Positions 49,970 through 64,000 of a stretch of 64,000 nt of DNA are shown in pieces. A program made the position numbers and the translations under genes. Location of the stretch: contig OZ287752.1 of the NCBI GenBank assembly GCA_965649765.1, forward strand, positions 54,498,001-54,562,000, given 5' to 3'. Numbering within the stretch: position 1 is the stretch's first letter; each line of letters starts with the position of its first letter. Source of the stretch: Bispira polyomma (Eukaryota). The notes below the pieces were generated by a model. The model saw only the letters and a list, made by a program, of their open reading frames with translations, made no database searches and was not told the origin of the DNA.

Positions 49970-50336
49970 GGTATTCTTCTCGCTGGGGTCATCCGGGTGG
50001 TTAGATAGGCTAGGCTAATATTCTCAAAAAAAATTGTGAGGCAGAGGAAATTCACATTCGATACAAAAGCCAAGGTGACACTTACGTCTAGCAATAAGTA
50101 ATTCAGTAAAGTGGTATGTTCGCTTAACCATGATCAACATTACAACCTTACTGAAAAATAATGGGCGTTATAATCCTCTTGGTGAGCATTCTGAATATCT
50201 ATTTTTTTTTTTCAAAATGACTGTCAAGTTGTAGAAATTGGTTTAGTGTTGGTATTAATAGAAACATCATTTCATTAAAAAAAGGGATTATAATTCACAC
50301 AAATTAAGGCAATTTTTGATACTAAATAAATAATAA

Positions 50337-50647
50337 TTGTAATGATAGTTGTCACCTGATATAGTTATGAACAACACTGTTATTTAATGTGCTATGACAT
50401 TATTACCCCACCCTGGGTTCTTCTACTTGTCAAATAATAGTTCACTCTCAGCTCCCTTAGGGAGAATACTGGCCATGCCGCCACACATACAGAGCACAAA
50501 CACCACTTTAGTGGCCAGGTACCCATTTATACACGTGGGTAGAGAGGGACAACTTCGTGCATATTCCAAGGATAACCAGGCCAGCAGCGAGCATCGAATC
50601 TCGACCTTCACATCCAAAGTACACTCTAACCAATAGGCCACAGAGTG
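50337..50647 (-). mobile_element. CORE-like SINE (unit 3 copy)
   Basis: Copy of 4485-4795. Confidence 0.75.
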
Positions 50648-50651
50648 GTTA

Positions 50652-51212
50652 TAATAATAATAACAATAAATATATTATATAGCGTTCAACTGGTACATAA
50701 GAAAAATAAATAAAAAAATTCTGTGTTCTCTGGCGCTTGTCTTCTGAAATAAATGAGCTTTTAGCTGTTTGCTGAATAGGTTGTGGCTGTCTGTTTTTCT
50801 GAGGTAGTCTGGATGAGAGTTCTGTGAGTTTGACCCAAATACAGTAAAACTACAGTCAGCAAGTGTCGGAACATCCAATAGATAGTAGTGTTTTTTTTCA
50901 TCTAACAGGATAGTCGCAGTTTTTTTTTATTGAATTCGATTCTGTTAATATCTCGGTGCTTTCTGGTGAATACATTTATGGACTGTTGTCAAAATTGAAA
51001 CAAAATTCTGTAGCGAATTGGAAGCTAGTGGAGTGTCTTTAGTGCTCTTGAACTACTAGTGTTATTTGTCTTATTTTAGCACATGCTTTGCTGCTGCATT
51101 TGGCAATTTTTGCATCATTTTAGTCTATTTCTCAGGCAAGGCCATAAAGATATCATTGCAGTAGTCCAGATGGAATAGAACAAGGCCATACACTACTTGT
51201 TTGCATTCTTTT
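50652..51212 (-). mobile_element. L2/CR1 LINE remnant (unit 3 copy)
   Basis: Copy of 4800-5360. Confidence 0.9.
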
Positions 51213-54200
51213 GCATTTGCATTTAAACAATTTAAGTTGTTAATACAAAAAAATGTGTCAGAGGCACTAACAGTGGCATACTTACAATATAAACTATTTT
51301 GTGAATATCAATTAATGCTGCACACACTAATAGTGATATTCCATTAATTCCCATTGAACGAAAATATCCGGCAAAACATCACCCCCATCTTGTATATAAG
51401 GATTATCAATTGGGCCAAGAAGAACCATCCATCATTAGATTAGAGTCTTTATCAACGAAAAGCAGGATTTTTTGTCTCCTTTTTTGTTTTGTTTTATTAC
51501 ACCCCACAGCAGCTGCAAAACGTTATACACCCCACGATGACTCTCTGAAGAGACAAGGAGAATCAACAAAAAAATGATTTTATTGTTTCTAAGCAGCATT
51601 GAACCCTACCAATACACACAGGTGTTTCCCTTCCACCAATTTATCACACTTCCCCATAGACATCTAGCCTTCACTAAGGCTCAGAATGTGCCAGAAGGCC
51701 ACATATAGAGATAGCTATTTTGTATAAGAGACCTAATGGCTTTAACATTCGCTTATGGGTGGTCTCCTATGGTCTACTGGTTAGGAATTTGGTCTGATGA
51801 GCAAAAGGTCCCCAGTTTGACACCTAGTTGGCGGAGTTGGTCTGTTGAACAGGATATACTGCCAAAGTTGCAATGTCCATTTGGGATAACATTCGCTTGC
51901 AAGATATGAACACGTCATTGTTTACTGATGATGTTGACCAAGGCTATGCTGTAGGATTATGCATTCTGTAGAATCAGCATCATAGAGGGTGATATCTCAA
52001 TAGGATGTGATATAAATGTTCAATAATACTAAACTAAACATGAACCCAGGGAACCATTTAAAATGATGATCCTCTGTCACTTGGGTCTCATTCCCAGTGG
52101 CAGGCTTATAAGGACCTTGTGGACATTGATTAATGGTGTCATCTTCAAGTTGCAGTCTTCAGGTAGGTTCACAACTTTGCAAGAACTAGAATTTAAACGC
52201 ATCAATTGCAACATTAATTGGCAAAACTCTTTAATTTTGCCAGATATATTACTTTGGGGGTAAATAGACTTTGACTGAATGGCATTTGAAATAGGTCGTT
52301 CTAGTTTGTAAATACAACACACTGTGTATATGTAATTCTGCAGTACAGTCACAGCCAACAACCAAAAGATGAGGCCATTGCATTATTAGAATAGGGAGCA
52401 TGGTTGTGACCAAACGAAGATAATGGAACAGTCTGTCTCCCAGTACATAAATACACCTAAACCAATTAATAATTTAAATTGACCTACCCACTAAAAATGA
52501 TGGTACAATAATAGCATACATTGTGTACAGCATTATGGAGTGGATGGCATTTTGGGTTTTCAACATCTTAAATGAATGCCAAGCAGCTTCATTGTAATGA
52601 TGTTAATGGTTCTTGGGGCGCTGCTGACAACCTGTGATGCCTGATAAAAATTATTGGTATTTGTATTCACAGTTACAGTCCGTGCAGTATCGGTCATTAT
52701 CTGCCAACCTGACGATTTAGATGAGGTAATAAAAATTTGGCCCAAAGGTCAAACAGGTTTTTTGGTGTAGAAGCAGTTTTGACCTGTCTGTTATTAATGT
52801 TTTAATTCTGTTTGGTTTAGTACTAACATAGATTGATGTATATTCTTTTTCTTACTGTCATTAAATTGGTACGCTTGGGTGTACTGGCATTACTGCTTGC
52901 TACACCCCTGTAATAAAAGAGATCTCAGTTTTATCAGCCGAACAATATCGATTTTAAGAGCTGATAATGTCATTATCAGCTGTGAATGATAAATATGCAC
53001 AACTAAGGAGCCTGTATTGACATGATAATCTGTTAGTAGCGCCCTGCTTACTGGTATCATAGTATTTATTATACACCTACTAATATTGTATATACCATAA
53101 TGAGTGATAATATTGAAAACCTCAATTTATATATATTAACACAAAATTGTCAAAAAGACATTGTCAAAGTATCTTGTACAAGTGTGGGAAAAGCGTAAGG
53201 AAATTTGATCTAAACAGTTGTTTCAAGGTTGATTTAGAATTGGTTACATACATGTATAACAAAGGATTTATGAGTATATAATATGACCAGTAAAAAATGT
53301 ATATGTGTTTAAAGTGACATATAAGCCCAAAAATTGTATTTTTTTTTAATTACATGTCACTATAATAAAAATATATATCTATCTGCATCACTTAATGCAA
53401 ATCTAATGCACCTACCAATGCCCTAAGGCCCCAAAAAAATGAAAATAAAATTCTTGGATCTGCCTGGATCACCCAACGAAGTGTCATGTTTGCTGTAAAC
53501 AAACGGTAAAAACAAATCCTTATTGGCTGATGTACTAAAGATATAACACATTCTGTCACCTGGCTTTTAAAAACAACTTAAAATGACCGACTACACGACA
53601 CAACAAATATGTATATATAGCCTGCTCCCGACACGACATTACACAGCAATTAAACTTGGAGAAATCTCTTCAAAACTGCTGTGTTGTTGTTTATATCGTA
53701 CAGTATCCATATGATGTTTATATATACAGCTGTTGTTAATATGTATTTTATATGGATTATGTAGTGGTGTTTCATGTAAACAGTACTGTTGTGCCTTGAC
53801 GTGTCGTCCCCTGTAGTGTAGTACAGTGCCTTGGTTTCTAAACCCCTGTTTCTGCATAGTTGAAAGCGATGTAAAAAACCAAAATTCTGACTGAGATCTT
53901 TTGCTTATCCCTGTGTTTTAGCCCAACGATAGTTCCCATAAGCAATATATTGCGCATACAAATGCTGTTCTTGAAAATTCAATAATCAAATACAGCAGAT
54001 CTAAAGGCTCATAACTCAGTCAAGGCACCAACGGGACAAGAACATTTGTTGTTTTATGTAATCCTAAGGTAAAGATCGAAAGAACAGAGACAAAACATCA
54101 CCTCTTTGTCAGTTTAATATCCAATGTTTTTTAGTCTCTAACAGACTCTAAGAACTGGTATAACTTATGGTTTTTATGTAACAGATAATTTCACCTTCTG

Positions 54201-54591
54201 AACATCAAAGTGCCCTGAGCAAAGTTGCTGTGACTAACCTATCTGTGAACATTTAAAGGAATCGTGATCAGTAGAAACAGAGAGGAAGTTCTATCATTTA
54301 TTGAATTACATTAGGCTTTTTTTTTTTTTTGGTGAATGCCAAAATTACAAGTTGTACTGCCTAAAACGCCTTTGAATCTTTACCTTTTCATCTTTTTTGT
54401 GAGAACTGTAAATAATTAGCTTGAACAATAAACCTGAAATAATAAAGTATTAGGTAGCCTTACGTGCACTGTTTCAACAACAGCACCTCTTATATATTAA
54501 CTAAGAATATGAAGACCATGAAAGAAAACATATTAGGAAATACTAATATTTATACTAAGTTAAAAGCTACACCTATATACACACTGAACAG

Positions 54592-54865
54592 TAGGGCCAC
54601 CTTTAACAATTTAAGTTCAGTCACTTAAGGTGACTTTAAATTACCTTAGGTTACTAACTTTGTGGTGACCTTAAACCGAGGTCACCTTAGCACAAATTAA
54701 GGTTTGATTCACTTTGTGTTGAATGTATAAAAGTATGTGGTCATCTGTGGTGACCTTATACTAAATTAAAGTATTGTTAACTTACCAACTTTTTAGATAA
54801 AGTTAACTTTAAATACATGAAGTTAAGTCTAAATATAGATTTACTGCTCTATTGAGGTGGCCCTA
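54592..54865. mobile_element. MITE-like element (unit 3 copy)
   Basis: Copy of 8740-9013. Confidence 0.7.
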
Positions 54866-56676
54866 AATATATAACTTTGAGAAATTGTAAAAATATAGAT
54901 ATATGTAAAGAAAAGAAAGAGCCCCCTTATGATCAGATGTGTTAGCTAATGGCTAAAACTTAACTCAAACTAGCAATAATTCTTCAGTCCATGCTACAGC
55001 ATCACTTAGCTCACTAGAACCTTACATGACTGCGACAGCCCGTTGTTACATCAATCATCATGGCCAAACTATATTATGCAAACATATATTTTTCTCTTGA
55101 CTGGCTGTAGTAATCCATGTTTGCCTTGCGTGCTTTTGGCTGCTTTGAGTATTATTGGATCACTTGTTGGAGCCAGGGTGTGTGAAACTACAAACTACCT
55201 GTGAAATATAGTTTACAATGTTTAAACAAAACGCCAAATTAGAACGCAATATGCAAAATTGTTACACTTTGATTCAAACTAAACCACTCTTTATCAAATT
55301 ACACCATCCCCCAAATTGCAACCTATTGTACCAAATTACTTCATATCCTTGTACCATATTATGACACCACTTACCAAATTAAAATACAATGTGCCAAACT
55401 AAAACACATTTAAAATTTGAACGATGATGATAGCTCATGTATCCGTTATGTAGACAGGTGCAGGTCGACACCATGGAGACGCTGGGAAGCTGACCCATGG
55501 AATGGTGGAAAAGCCTTGCTAAACAGACAGGTATTGGACTTTTGTATGAAACAGGGCAGAGAGGCAGAGTGATTCCACACGTTAAGAAGCATCATAAGCA
55601 AAAGTATGCTTGAAATGTGTTATTTATTTATGAACTGATGGATTAAAAATTTAAAAATTAGACCTAATTTGCCTGGTATTGTGTAAACGTGTATGAGGAG
55701 AAAGGTATGGGCCAAAAATGCTGCAGTTAGAAACTTGTAAATTAAATGACTGTTTTAAAGATTGAACATTATCTGCCAAATTAAAACACTTGTTTACACT
55801 GGAACATGGACACACACACTGTTCTATTCTATAATTTTTTTCTGTGAAGGTCATACACCTGCCATATATTGCCTGATATTCCTGGTGCACTATCATAGTC
55901 CAGAGCCAAGGCAATATTTTAAGAAAAAATACTGTAGTACTTCAGGCAAGTATGGTTAAATAAATGTTTGGTGAAATAAAAACTTCTTTTACTTTACAAA
56001 AACGTAAGATATGTGAACTAATTTCAAGAGGAACTGAATTCCAAAGCAGCCATGTTACGTGACAAAATGAATTCCACACCTGTTCTAGTCAAACTTGGAG
56101 ATATTTGACACATACTAAATGATGATACATATTAGAGTATAATGAGAGGGATATGTCATAGGTTCTTAAGAGCTCTTCATAATCAAATGTATTTGCTTTT
56201 TCCAATAATACCCCCCCCCCCCCCTCCTGCATTTACTAAGGCGTCTAAGTCACTGTTTTTTCCTGAACCAAAATGAAAGTAAATCCCAAAGACAAACAGT
56301 AAGCAAGAAAAGCAAAGAATTAGAGTGACACCAAAGAAGGCTTGTAAACTGAAACCCTCCTCACAAAGAGAAGTTTACTGTAAGACCTTGTATTATTGTC
56401 ACCCTGAGAAACTGTAACTCTGCACAGTGTAATTGTACTTCTCTTTGGGTAAATGGAAAATAATACTGTAAAATTAAAGACTGAGCATGTCTACCTTATG
56501 GTAAAGTAAAGAGTGGGCTTCCGATGATATAATAGATGATCATCGAAAGGAAAGCCATTCTTCAATTATCAATAGTGTACAGGGCCTTTATTTTTATTTT
56601 AATGATTTCTGTTTGAGCAATTTTTTCTTAAATTTCACATTCATGGGGTTCATGGTTCATGGGCTTCATGGTTCAT

Positions 56677-56881
56677 GGTGGTGGACTAGTGGTTAAATGT
56701 GTTAACTTTACAATCACTGGTCTCTCACTAAATTGGGTTCGAATCCTGCTTGTTTCTTTGGGTGGGGAAGTTTGGCAGGTACTTGCAAACAGGTCATTGC
56801 TTGCTTCAGGTACGATTTCTTCCACCATTAAATCTGGCAGTCATGATATAACCTAAGCGACGTAAAATCAAACTAAATTTA
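56677..56881 (+). mobile_element. Diverged SINE (unit 3 copy)
   Basis: Copy of 10823-11027. Confidence 0.75.
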
Positions 56882-57130
56882 AATACACACACTTGCCAGT
56901 AATTTAACACACTGCACACTTTCTTTTTGTAATTTTAAGGAAACACTAAACTTAATTTTACGATTACCATATATTAATAGTCTTAATGCAGGGGCATGTG
57001 TAGAAGCTTGTGTAGAAGCCAGTACGCAAAAGCATACCAATTTTATGACAGAATGAGCCCCCCCACCCCCACCCCACCCCCAACGAATTTATGTTAGCAC
57101 AAAAAAAAACAAACATAATAGTTTGATACA

Positions 57131-57374
57131 TTAGCAAGCATTGCGCTTCACAATCACTGGTCTCTCACCTCTGGGCGACGTGAGTTCGAATCCCGTCAAT
57201 ACCTATGTGGGAAAGGTGGTAGTTCTTTACTGTTGGCCGCTAGTTTCAGTGCAGAACCTTGATCAACTGTATGCAGTGTTTCCTCCAGCGTTTCCAACTA
57301 CCCGTCCCAATATAACCTAAACAGGTACTAGAGTGGACGTTAAATATCCAAATTAAAAAAAAAAATAAATAAAT
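57131..57374 (+). mobile_element. 5'-truncated SINE (unit 3 copy)
   Basis: Copy of 11277-11520. Confidence 0.88.
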
Positions 57375-57493
57375 ATAGAAGTAAAACATTAACATTAAAT
57401 TGGGGTATACCAAATGAAAAATCCTAACTACTCCCCTGTAATGTTATGGAAACTTTAACATATGAATTGCAAAAAAATGGGTTTGTCCAATTT

Positions 57494-57953
57494 TTACCTA
57501 ATATTAGGTCGATTAAGCACCTTTGGTTCACATTAGCGATACTCTTTCTTCAATAGATGTAAAATCATCAATTTAATTGAACTGAAACAAGCTTTACAGG
57601 AAATGTGGAAAACTTTACCCAATACTTTGGAGGCGAATGTTCAAAGCCTGCCTCGAAGGATGGCAGCTAATGTACAGACCAAGGGGACAGACCAGAGGCT
57701 TTGATAAAAAATACTGAAAAAATTAGCTTTTTTAAAAATATCATTGATTTGGTTTGTAACTTAAATTTAACAGTTGTGAAGTTTGTTTTAAATGTAGTTT
57801 ACTGTAACTGTGACAACTGTAATGCAAAGAAAACTTTTAAATGAAAATCATACCTACATACATATATATTAACAGATAATGTCTCAAATTTATTAAAGAC
57901 TTATATATATAAAATTTGTTCAAATCTAATCTACCATTTTTAGCAATGCTGTA
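57494..57953 (+). mobile_element. Tc1 remnant (unit 3 copy)
   Basis: Copy of 11640-12099. Confidence 0.8.
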
Positions 57954-60900
57954 TATAATTCTAAACTAATTTAAAGGAAAATTCAATTTTTTTATCTCAC
58001 ATTTTCAGCTATTTACTGTACTAAAATCAGGAAGTACATATATCCTGCCCTATCTCTTTTAAGACCCCTCTCTTCCATCTTTCTGGGGGGTATTGAAATG
58101 GAAAGATTTGCAGTACCCAAACCCAGTGGCATTAATAGGTCTAAAGCCCCAACTCAAATTGAGATAGAGTGTCCTGTGACGGTTTGATCCCCTCACTTGT
58201 AAAGTTCAAATAGCTGAAACTTGTGACTTGCAACTGCAACTATCTTACTGTGGGTGATTTCAGCTTTGCCTACCTGAGCATTTCTGGTGTAGTTGTTGTA
58301 TTTGTCGTTCTTGATATTTGGTATTACATTAGAAAATATATAAGGAAAATAGCACTCAGTAGAGTGCAAACCTCAACCAGGGTGGTCCAAAATCCTAAAT
58401 AGGGATGTGATTTACTTAGTTATAGACCTAAACCCGCCTGAACTCAGCCATCTCAATAGTATAATGCAAAGTAGATCAATAACTTATTTGAACAAATCAC
58501 CCATTTCTTAGTAGTTCTTAGTAAGATTAGGTAAACCCTCATATATATTGAATACTCTGTTCAAGATTTGATGACTTCTGTCTTACCCCACTATAGGATT
58601 TAACCAAAATTAGTTGAGCAGTATTTGTGTAATGCTGCAGAAATTTTGGTCTTACTGAACTTCAGTTATCCTACAGGGTTATTTCTCACTTATTGGCCCG
58701 GTGGTGCCTTGGTGGAGTGAACCACTAACAAAATTTGTCCTAGACTTTCACAAATGTTTTGCATAAAATCTGTGATTACCTCAGTGAGATTGTGGTGGTC
58801 CAGCCAAACGCAGAAAAATAAAGTATGGATCAGTACAAAAAATGATGAGAATATGGAAAAATTGTAATCTGGCACCATTCACCTTATTTTTTGTGTGTAC
58901 AGATTTGGTAAGGTGTTTGTGTATTCCCTAACGGTGGCCCTGAAATTTAGTAAGATGCTACTACTGATAAAACGAATAAATGGTGAATCACAGCAACTTG
59001 TAAGGACAGACTAAGGTATATCTCCATGGTTTCCTAAAGCATATATTTTATTAGGATACCAGCATTTGTTTTCTTGCACATTCACCACTCGGGTTGTGAC
59101 CTAATTGCTTGCAAGTATTATCCTATATGGTGAAGTTTAAGTTACTTCTTTGACCTTGCAGTGTGTGAAAGGTCACGTTATATGAGTAGGGTAAGTTATG
59201 AAGCTGCTGCTTCTATATGCAACTTTCTATATGTGTCATTTGAAGGTTTAAGTAAAAGTGACCAGCAATCTGTATCTGTTAGGTGATTGGTTAATGTAGA
59301 GTAATCAATTGGTTGGCAAGCAATTTTACCTTAAAGCTCTATATTTTAGTTACTGAGGTGCCATTCCACTATTATTACAACCTTAGCAATCAGTAAAAAA
59401 TTTGCTTTCAATCCCAAGTCCAACTATCATGGTTTTAAAACCAGGTTGATTGTGGTTTTAAAACCATAAATTGCCTTGACCGGGCCTCCAAGCCATGGAT
59501 ACAACCCTTGTGAAACCATGGAGCCCCCTAATGATCACAGGCAGATGGCTTCCACGCTGGAAATGTTGGGCATGCTCAAAACTGCTTTGGATCTTTCACG
59601 GTGAATCGTATCAATGATTAACCACAGTGATACACACTGATTAGCCCTAATCGCAGTCACAAACCTCATCAACCCAAATTAACCATGATTGGTCTGGGTA
59701 AAGTCTGTGTTGCTGTTGTCTCAAATGTACAAGCATTTGTCTTACTTTATGACACCCCCGTGACACCCTGATTTACCAAGGTAAGCCTGGTAAACCCTGA
59801 CTGGCAAAACCATAGATCAACCCCTCATTTGACCCTCTATATCCATTCCCACGCCATCAGAGTTAGTGTACTTTTTAAACGATCTCTCGCGAAAATGATA
59901 CGCTGTGTATGGTGTGAATGATGGCATTATTGCCAATATGGAAAGTGACTGCATTGCTCCCTAATGTAAAGTTGTTGAGGGTTTTTAATCTTTGAATTTT
60001 AAGTACTAATCTCAAGTAGCAGTAGTTTAGTATATATTTAGTATTTCTGTCTATCTGAACAACAATTCCTTTGCAAAATCCCAAAATTTAGTATTTAGTA
60101 TATATTTAGTATATCTGTCTATCTGAACCACAATTCCTTTGCAAAATCCCAAAATTAATTTATGTCTTCCCTGAGCAATATGTATGAAACTTATGTAAAA
60201 ACTGTGCTAGGATTTAGCTAAATCTTGATATTTTACCATTTATCCTTCCCGAGAAGAAGACAAGAACAATTCCGTTTTTGTGATTACCAAATCAGTTAAT
60301 ATCTTAACTAAGCAAAAATATCAACCTTTAGACAAACCTAAGCCAGGATTTGGTTAGAACCATACATCTGGCATTATGTCCTGCCAAGGAATGACATTTA
60401 GTAAATCACCAAACCCAACCATTAAACATATGACTGACTTATGTGATATAGAGTAACACGTGACATGTTAGCAGACAGTGTAATGACTTGAGAGGTCTCT
60501 CTACTGACGTGCTAGTGTCATTGTCTTTATGGGATATATATGATATGTGTGGGAGTTATCAGATGGTTCTTAAACTCATACTCAAAACCCAAAGCTCACA
60601 TATATAGACTTTCTTATGTAATTGATATAACCTAACCATGTTACCATGAACCTTTGAGTGAGGAATTCAATTATGCAGTCCAGTTTTAGATGTCTTTATT
60701 ATACACAGAGATACTGCAGCACATGTAATGATACATTCTTTTCTTAAATTTAGCACATTTATAAGGACCTTCCCCTGGGGAGATAGGTATGGGATGTTAG
60801 TTTATTAGTGTAATGGGGATGGAGACAAAATTGGCCTTGTAAGAAGTTATGTAGACAGGCATGATAGACAGTTTGGGATAGCACGAGATATACTGGGCCA

Positions 60901-63900
60901 GCATCAGTTTTACTGGCAAAGCATTTCAGCATTTTCAAACAGTCAGTTCAGCAAGTGAAATTAATTGCTAATGCAAAAATATGTCACTTAAAGTTCTAAA
61001 ATTTGCAATAATATATTTATCAGATATCATACAAGAAAAATGGTTCAGTGTTTGTCCTACATTTCTTTTGCATACTTCAGGACAAAATAAGCCAGGTATG
61101 TAAATACATGTACATGTAACCTAAGACATTGGATGACTTGACTTTATCACTAAGTCATGTGGTCATCCTGGCCTAGTTGCTAGGGAGTTGGTTGGGTTGT
61201 GGATAAGACCCAGGGACTTAAACTGTTAATTTCTGTGGTCATCTAAGCCACTATGTGTCTGCCTGTTCCTGCTAGCCCTAGATTGGGATCGTACCCATGT
61301 CCTTGGTACTTGTAAGTGAGTGTGTTGCCCGATTAGTATTGTATTATATATATTGACATCAGTTTGGAACTCAAACAGTTGTACTTTTTAAGTAGCTTTA
61401 AACATTCAGGTACAATGAACTTTTTAACAAGGTCGCAAGGTAAAATGCTATTGTTTAATTAATATGGTTAAGTTATCAAGCCTGCAACTTTTAGCAAGGC
61501 TAACTGTGCTTATGGTGTGTAGTAAGAGATTTAACTGGTGACCCTTATTGTTGGCTATTATTGTCATGGTCAATAATCTGAAGAAATGTAACCAGAATTT
61601 ACTCAGAAACAGATACTTCTGAAACTATAGCCATCGGTCATAGATACATAAAGATAAATGAATCAGATTCTAACCATGTCTGCGAGATTACTTGTTATCT
61701 TGGACTAGTTGATTTATTTGTCTAGAACATTACCTTACAATAACAGTAATTAAGGTACCAATATCTATCGTAACATAATAATTGACACCAAAATAGATTA
61801 AATTAGATATTTATATCTTGCATTGAACAATAATGTTTTAATTGCAGATTTAAAACTTGACAGTTTTTTTAATTTGTCTGATGTTAATTGGTAAGCTGTT
61901 CCAAAGCTTAGGCAGCACTGCATGAAAAAATATTTATCGTTAGATGTTTTGTGGCTGCTAGCAGCAAAATTAAACAAAATTACAAATCCCATTTACATGA
62001 ATGTAATTGAGGAATGGTAACATTTTTAAATGTGATTGATAGATTTATCTAACACATTTTTACAATATGTTTGGATACAATATATGTTAAATGATAATGA
62101 GAAACAATTGATAGATTGCATTGCTTGTCATACAACATCACGTACATACGAATGTAGGCTGAGGTAAAATTCTCCAAATAGCTCTGCGAATCCATCCGAA
62201 GTATTCAATAATGAGTCTACCTGTTAAAAGCACTGACACACTGTTCTAGTGTATGCCACTGTCAAGGTCATACATCTATCACATATTGTGGAATATAACG
62301 CACTAATGATCCTCTAACTGTTGAACTGTCTTAGTCCAAAGTCACAGAAACCACTAAGGTCATGGCCACCAGGAAGATACAGAATAGAGTCAGGATGTAA
62401 CTGGTAAAAACCAGTTTACATCAAACTCAGAGTTCAAAACTGAGAGAAGTGAACCCTCCTGGTGGCTATTCTATTGTCTCAGTCACTTATTGTGTACTTA
62501 TGCGCCATTATTGATATCAGCTATATCTTCAAATGGACAGCATAAAGCTCAGGGTATATAAGGTAACACGTAAAGCTATATATGTTACAGCGAATTACAT
62601 TCAGTCAGTGATTTCGCAAAATCCCTGATACATAATGTACTTTTTACACTTATTGAATGGATTTTAGGGAATTTGTGAAAGACACTAATTTTACTTTCTA
62701 GTTAGGAAAATACATTAGAATCCAAAGTGAGCGAATTAATAATAAAGTCATAAATTATTGTGGGGTAATATGTTTTTAATCATTTTGTGAGTTCAGGAGC
62801 ATCTGGTTCTGTAGAATACATATGAAACTTTCTGGGAAAAGACATACTTTAAAATAAAGACTAAATATAAAATTCAACCAGAATATTTGAACATACAGTG
62901 AGCATTTGCATGTATTCATTAAAAACTTAAAACTCTACATGTGTACATACATTTTAAATAATCCATCATAATGTAAGAAACCTCTGAGGAGGTTGAGCTA
63001 GATGTCTTCTAGTGAATTACCGACAGAAAAGGATGTTGAATGTGGACTTCTTTATATTATATCCTAAAAATATGTTGTTTATGGGTGCATTATTACTCAG
63101 GGGACAGTTTTATATCAATTTTCCACAATTTTAAGTTACTTTACCATTGGAGCATATGACTACATAAGCATTGCTGGTCATCATAAGACTAATTGTATTA
63201 TCACATCTTGGCCAAGGCTATTCATCCCCAATGGTGGCATTACCAGGCACACTAGTGCCACTCAAACGCCAGCCAAGCTTCTAGGCCACTCTGCCACACT
63301 TCATGTAGTTTTGTGATAGACATGGTTATACTTTTTGTATTTTGCTTTTGTACTGTGAATTTATATGTACACATTGTGAAGAATTTGATGAAAAAGAAAA
63401 AAACAAATAAATTCTATTTCAGCCTCTAAAATATATCTAACTATGTATAAACAGAACTATGGCAAGTACGCGATGGAGTTATGAATAGCTATTTCCATTC
63501 ACAGAATTAGGCAAAATAAGAAAAAATATTGAGTTTTTTAGTTTTTTGTCTGCGAGTCAATATAGGTTTACTGGTACAGTTCACAAACTAAATTGGCCAG
63601 ACAATATATTCCATTATGCACTGGGAGTTGTAAAAGTGTTTAACAATAAACTTCTGGTATGGGATTATTATCTTATTCATTGAATTTTTAGCATGGGTAT
63701 TGTAGTAACTTATATAGGTTGTAGAGAATCAAATATTATATCTTCGGGAAGACAAATAACTACATTTCTAATAGTTTCATAAAATCAACATATATCATAT
63801 ATTAGCTAAGAACATTTTACACACTAAAAACTGATAGAGATATAATACCAAATTTTCAAATAATTAAGCATTTTAAAGTGTCTGATTAAATGGTGCAGAC

Positions 63901-64000
63901 ATATGCGAATTGCACGGTTATATTATCATTTAATAAATGTACTGCTGTCTAAAAATCTTTCACTTACTTTAATCAGTTGCTGTTTGTTTTTTGTTACAGT

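Larger units (their letters stand above)
46110..64000. repeat. Large tandem amplicon, unit 3 (partial, cut by the window end)
   Basis: Colinear with 1-17991 of unit 1. Lacks 239 bp (junction 49849-49851) and has an extra 163 bp (62931-63093). Confidence 0.99.

Noticed and set aside
22832-64000. Array as a pure haplotype-duplication artefact
   Set aside because: Three distinguishable versions with private indels and three microsatellite lengths exceed two haplotypes. Not fully excluded without reads.

Overview
AT-rich eukaryotic (invertebrate, probably lophotrochozoan/mollusc-like) genomic DNA. The whole window is a head-to-tail array of a ~23 kb unit: unit 1 = 1-22831, unit 2 = 22832-46109, unit 3 = 46110-64000 (partial, equivalent to 1-17991 of unit 1). 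The unit phase is arbitrary because no array end is visible. Most of each unit is decayed repeat DNA: tRNA-derived SINEs, L2/CR1 LINE 3' ends, a Tc1-like transposase remnant, MITE-like elements and microsatellites. The only convincing gene is an intronless 199-codon minus-strand ORF (19732-20331; 43026-43625) encoding a membrane protein I cannot assign to a family. It has a dense CRE/TGACG cluster and a TCAGTT initiator upstream and three AATAAA signals downstream. The two visible copies differ at 4 nucleotides, all amino-acid changing. The units also differ by private indels (482, 239 and 163 bp), and which unit is the outlier changes along the unit, suggesting recombination or conversion within the array. 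All comparisons were made by eye.
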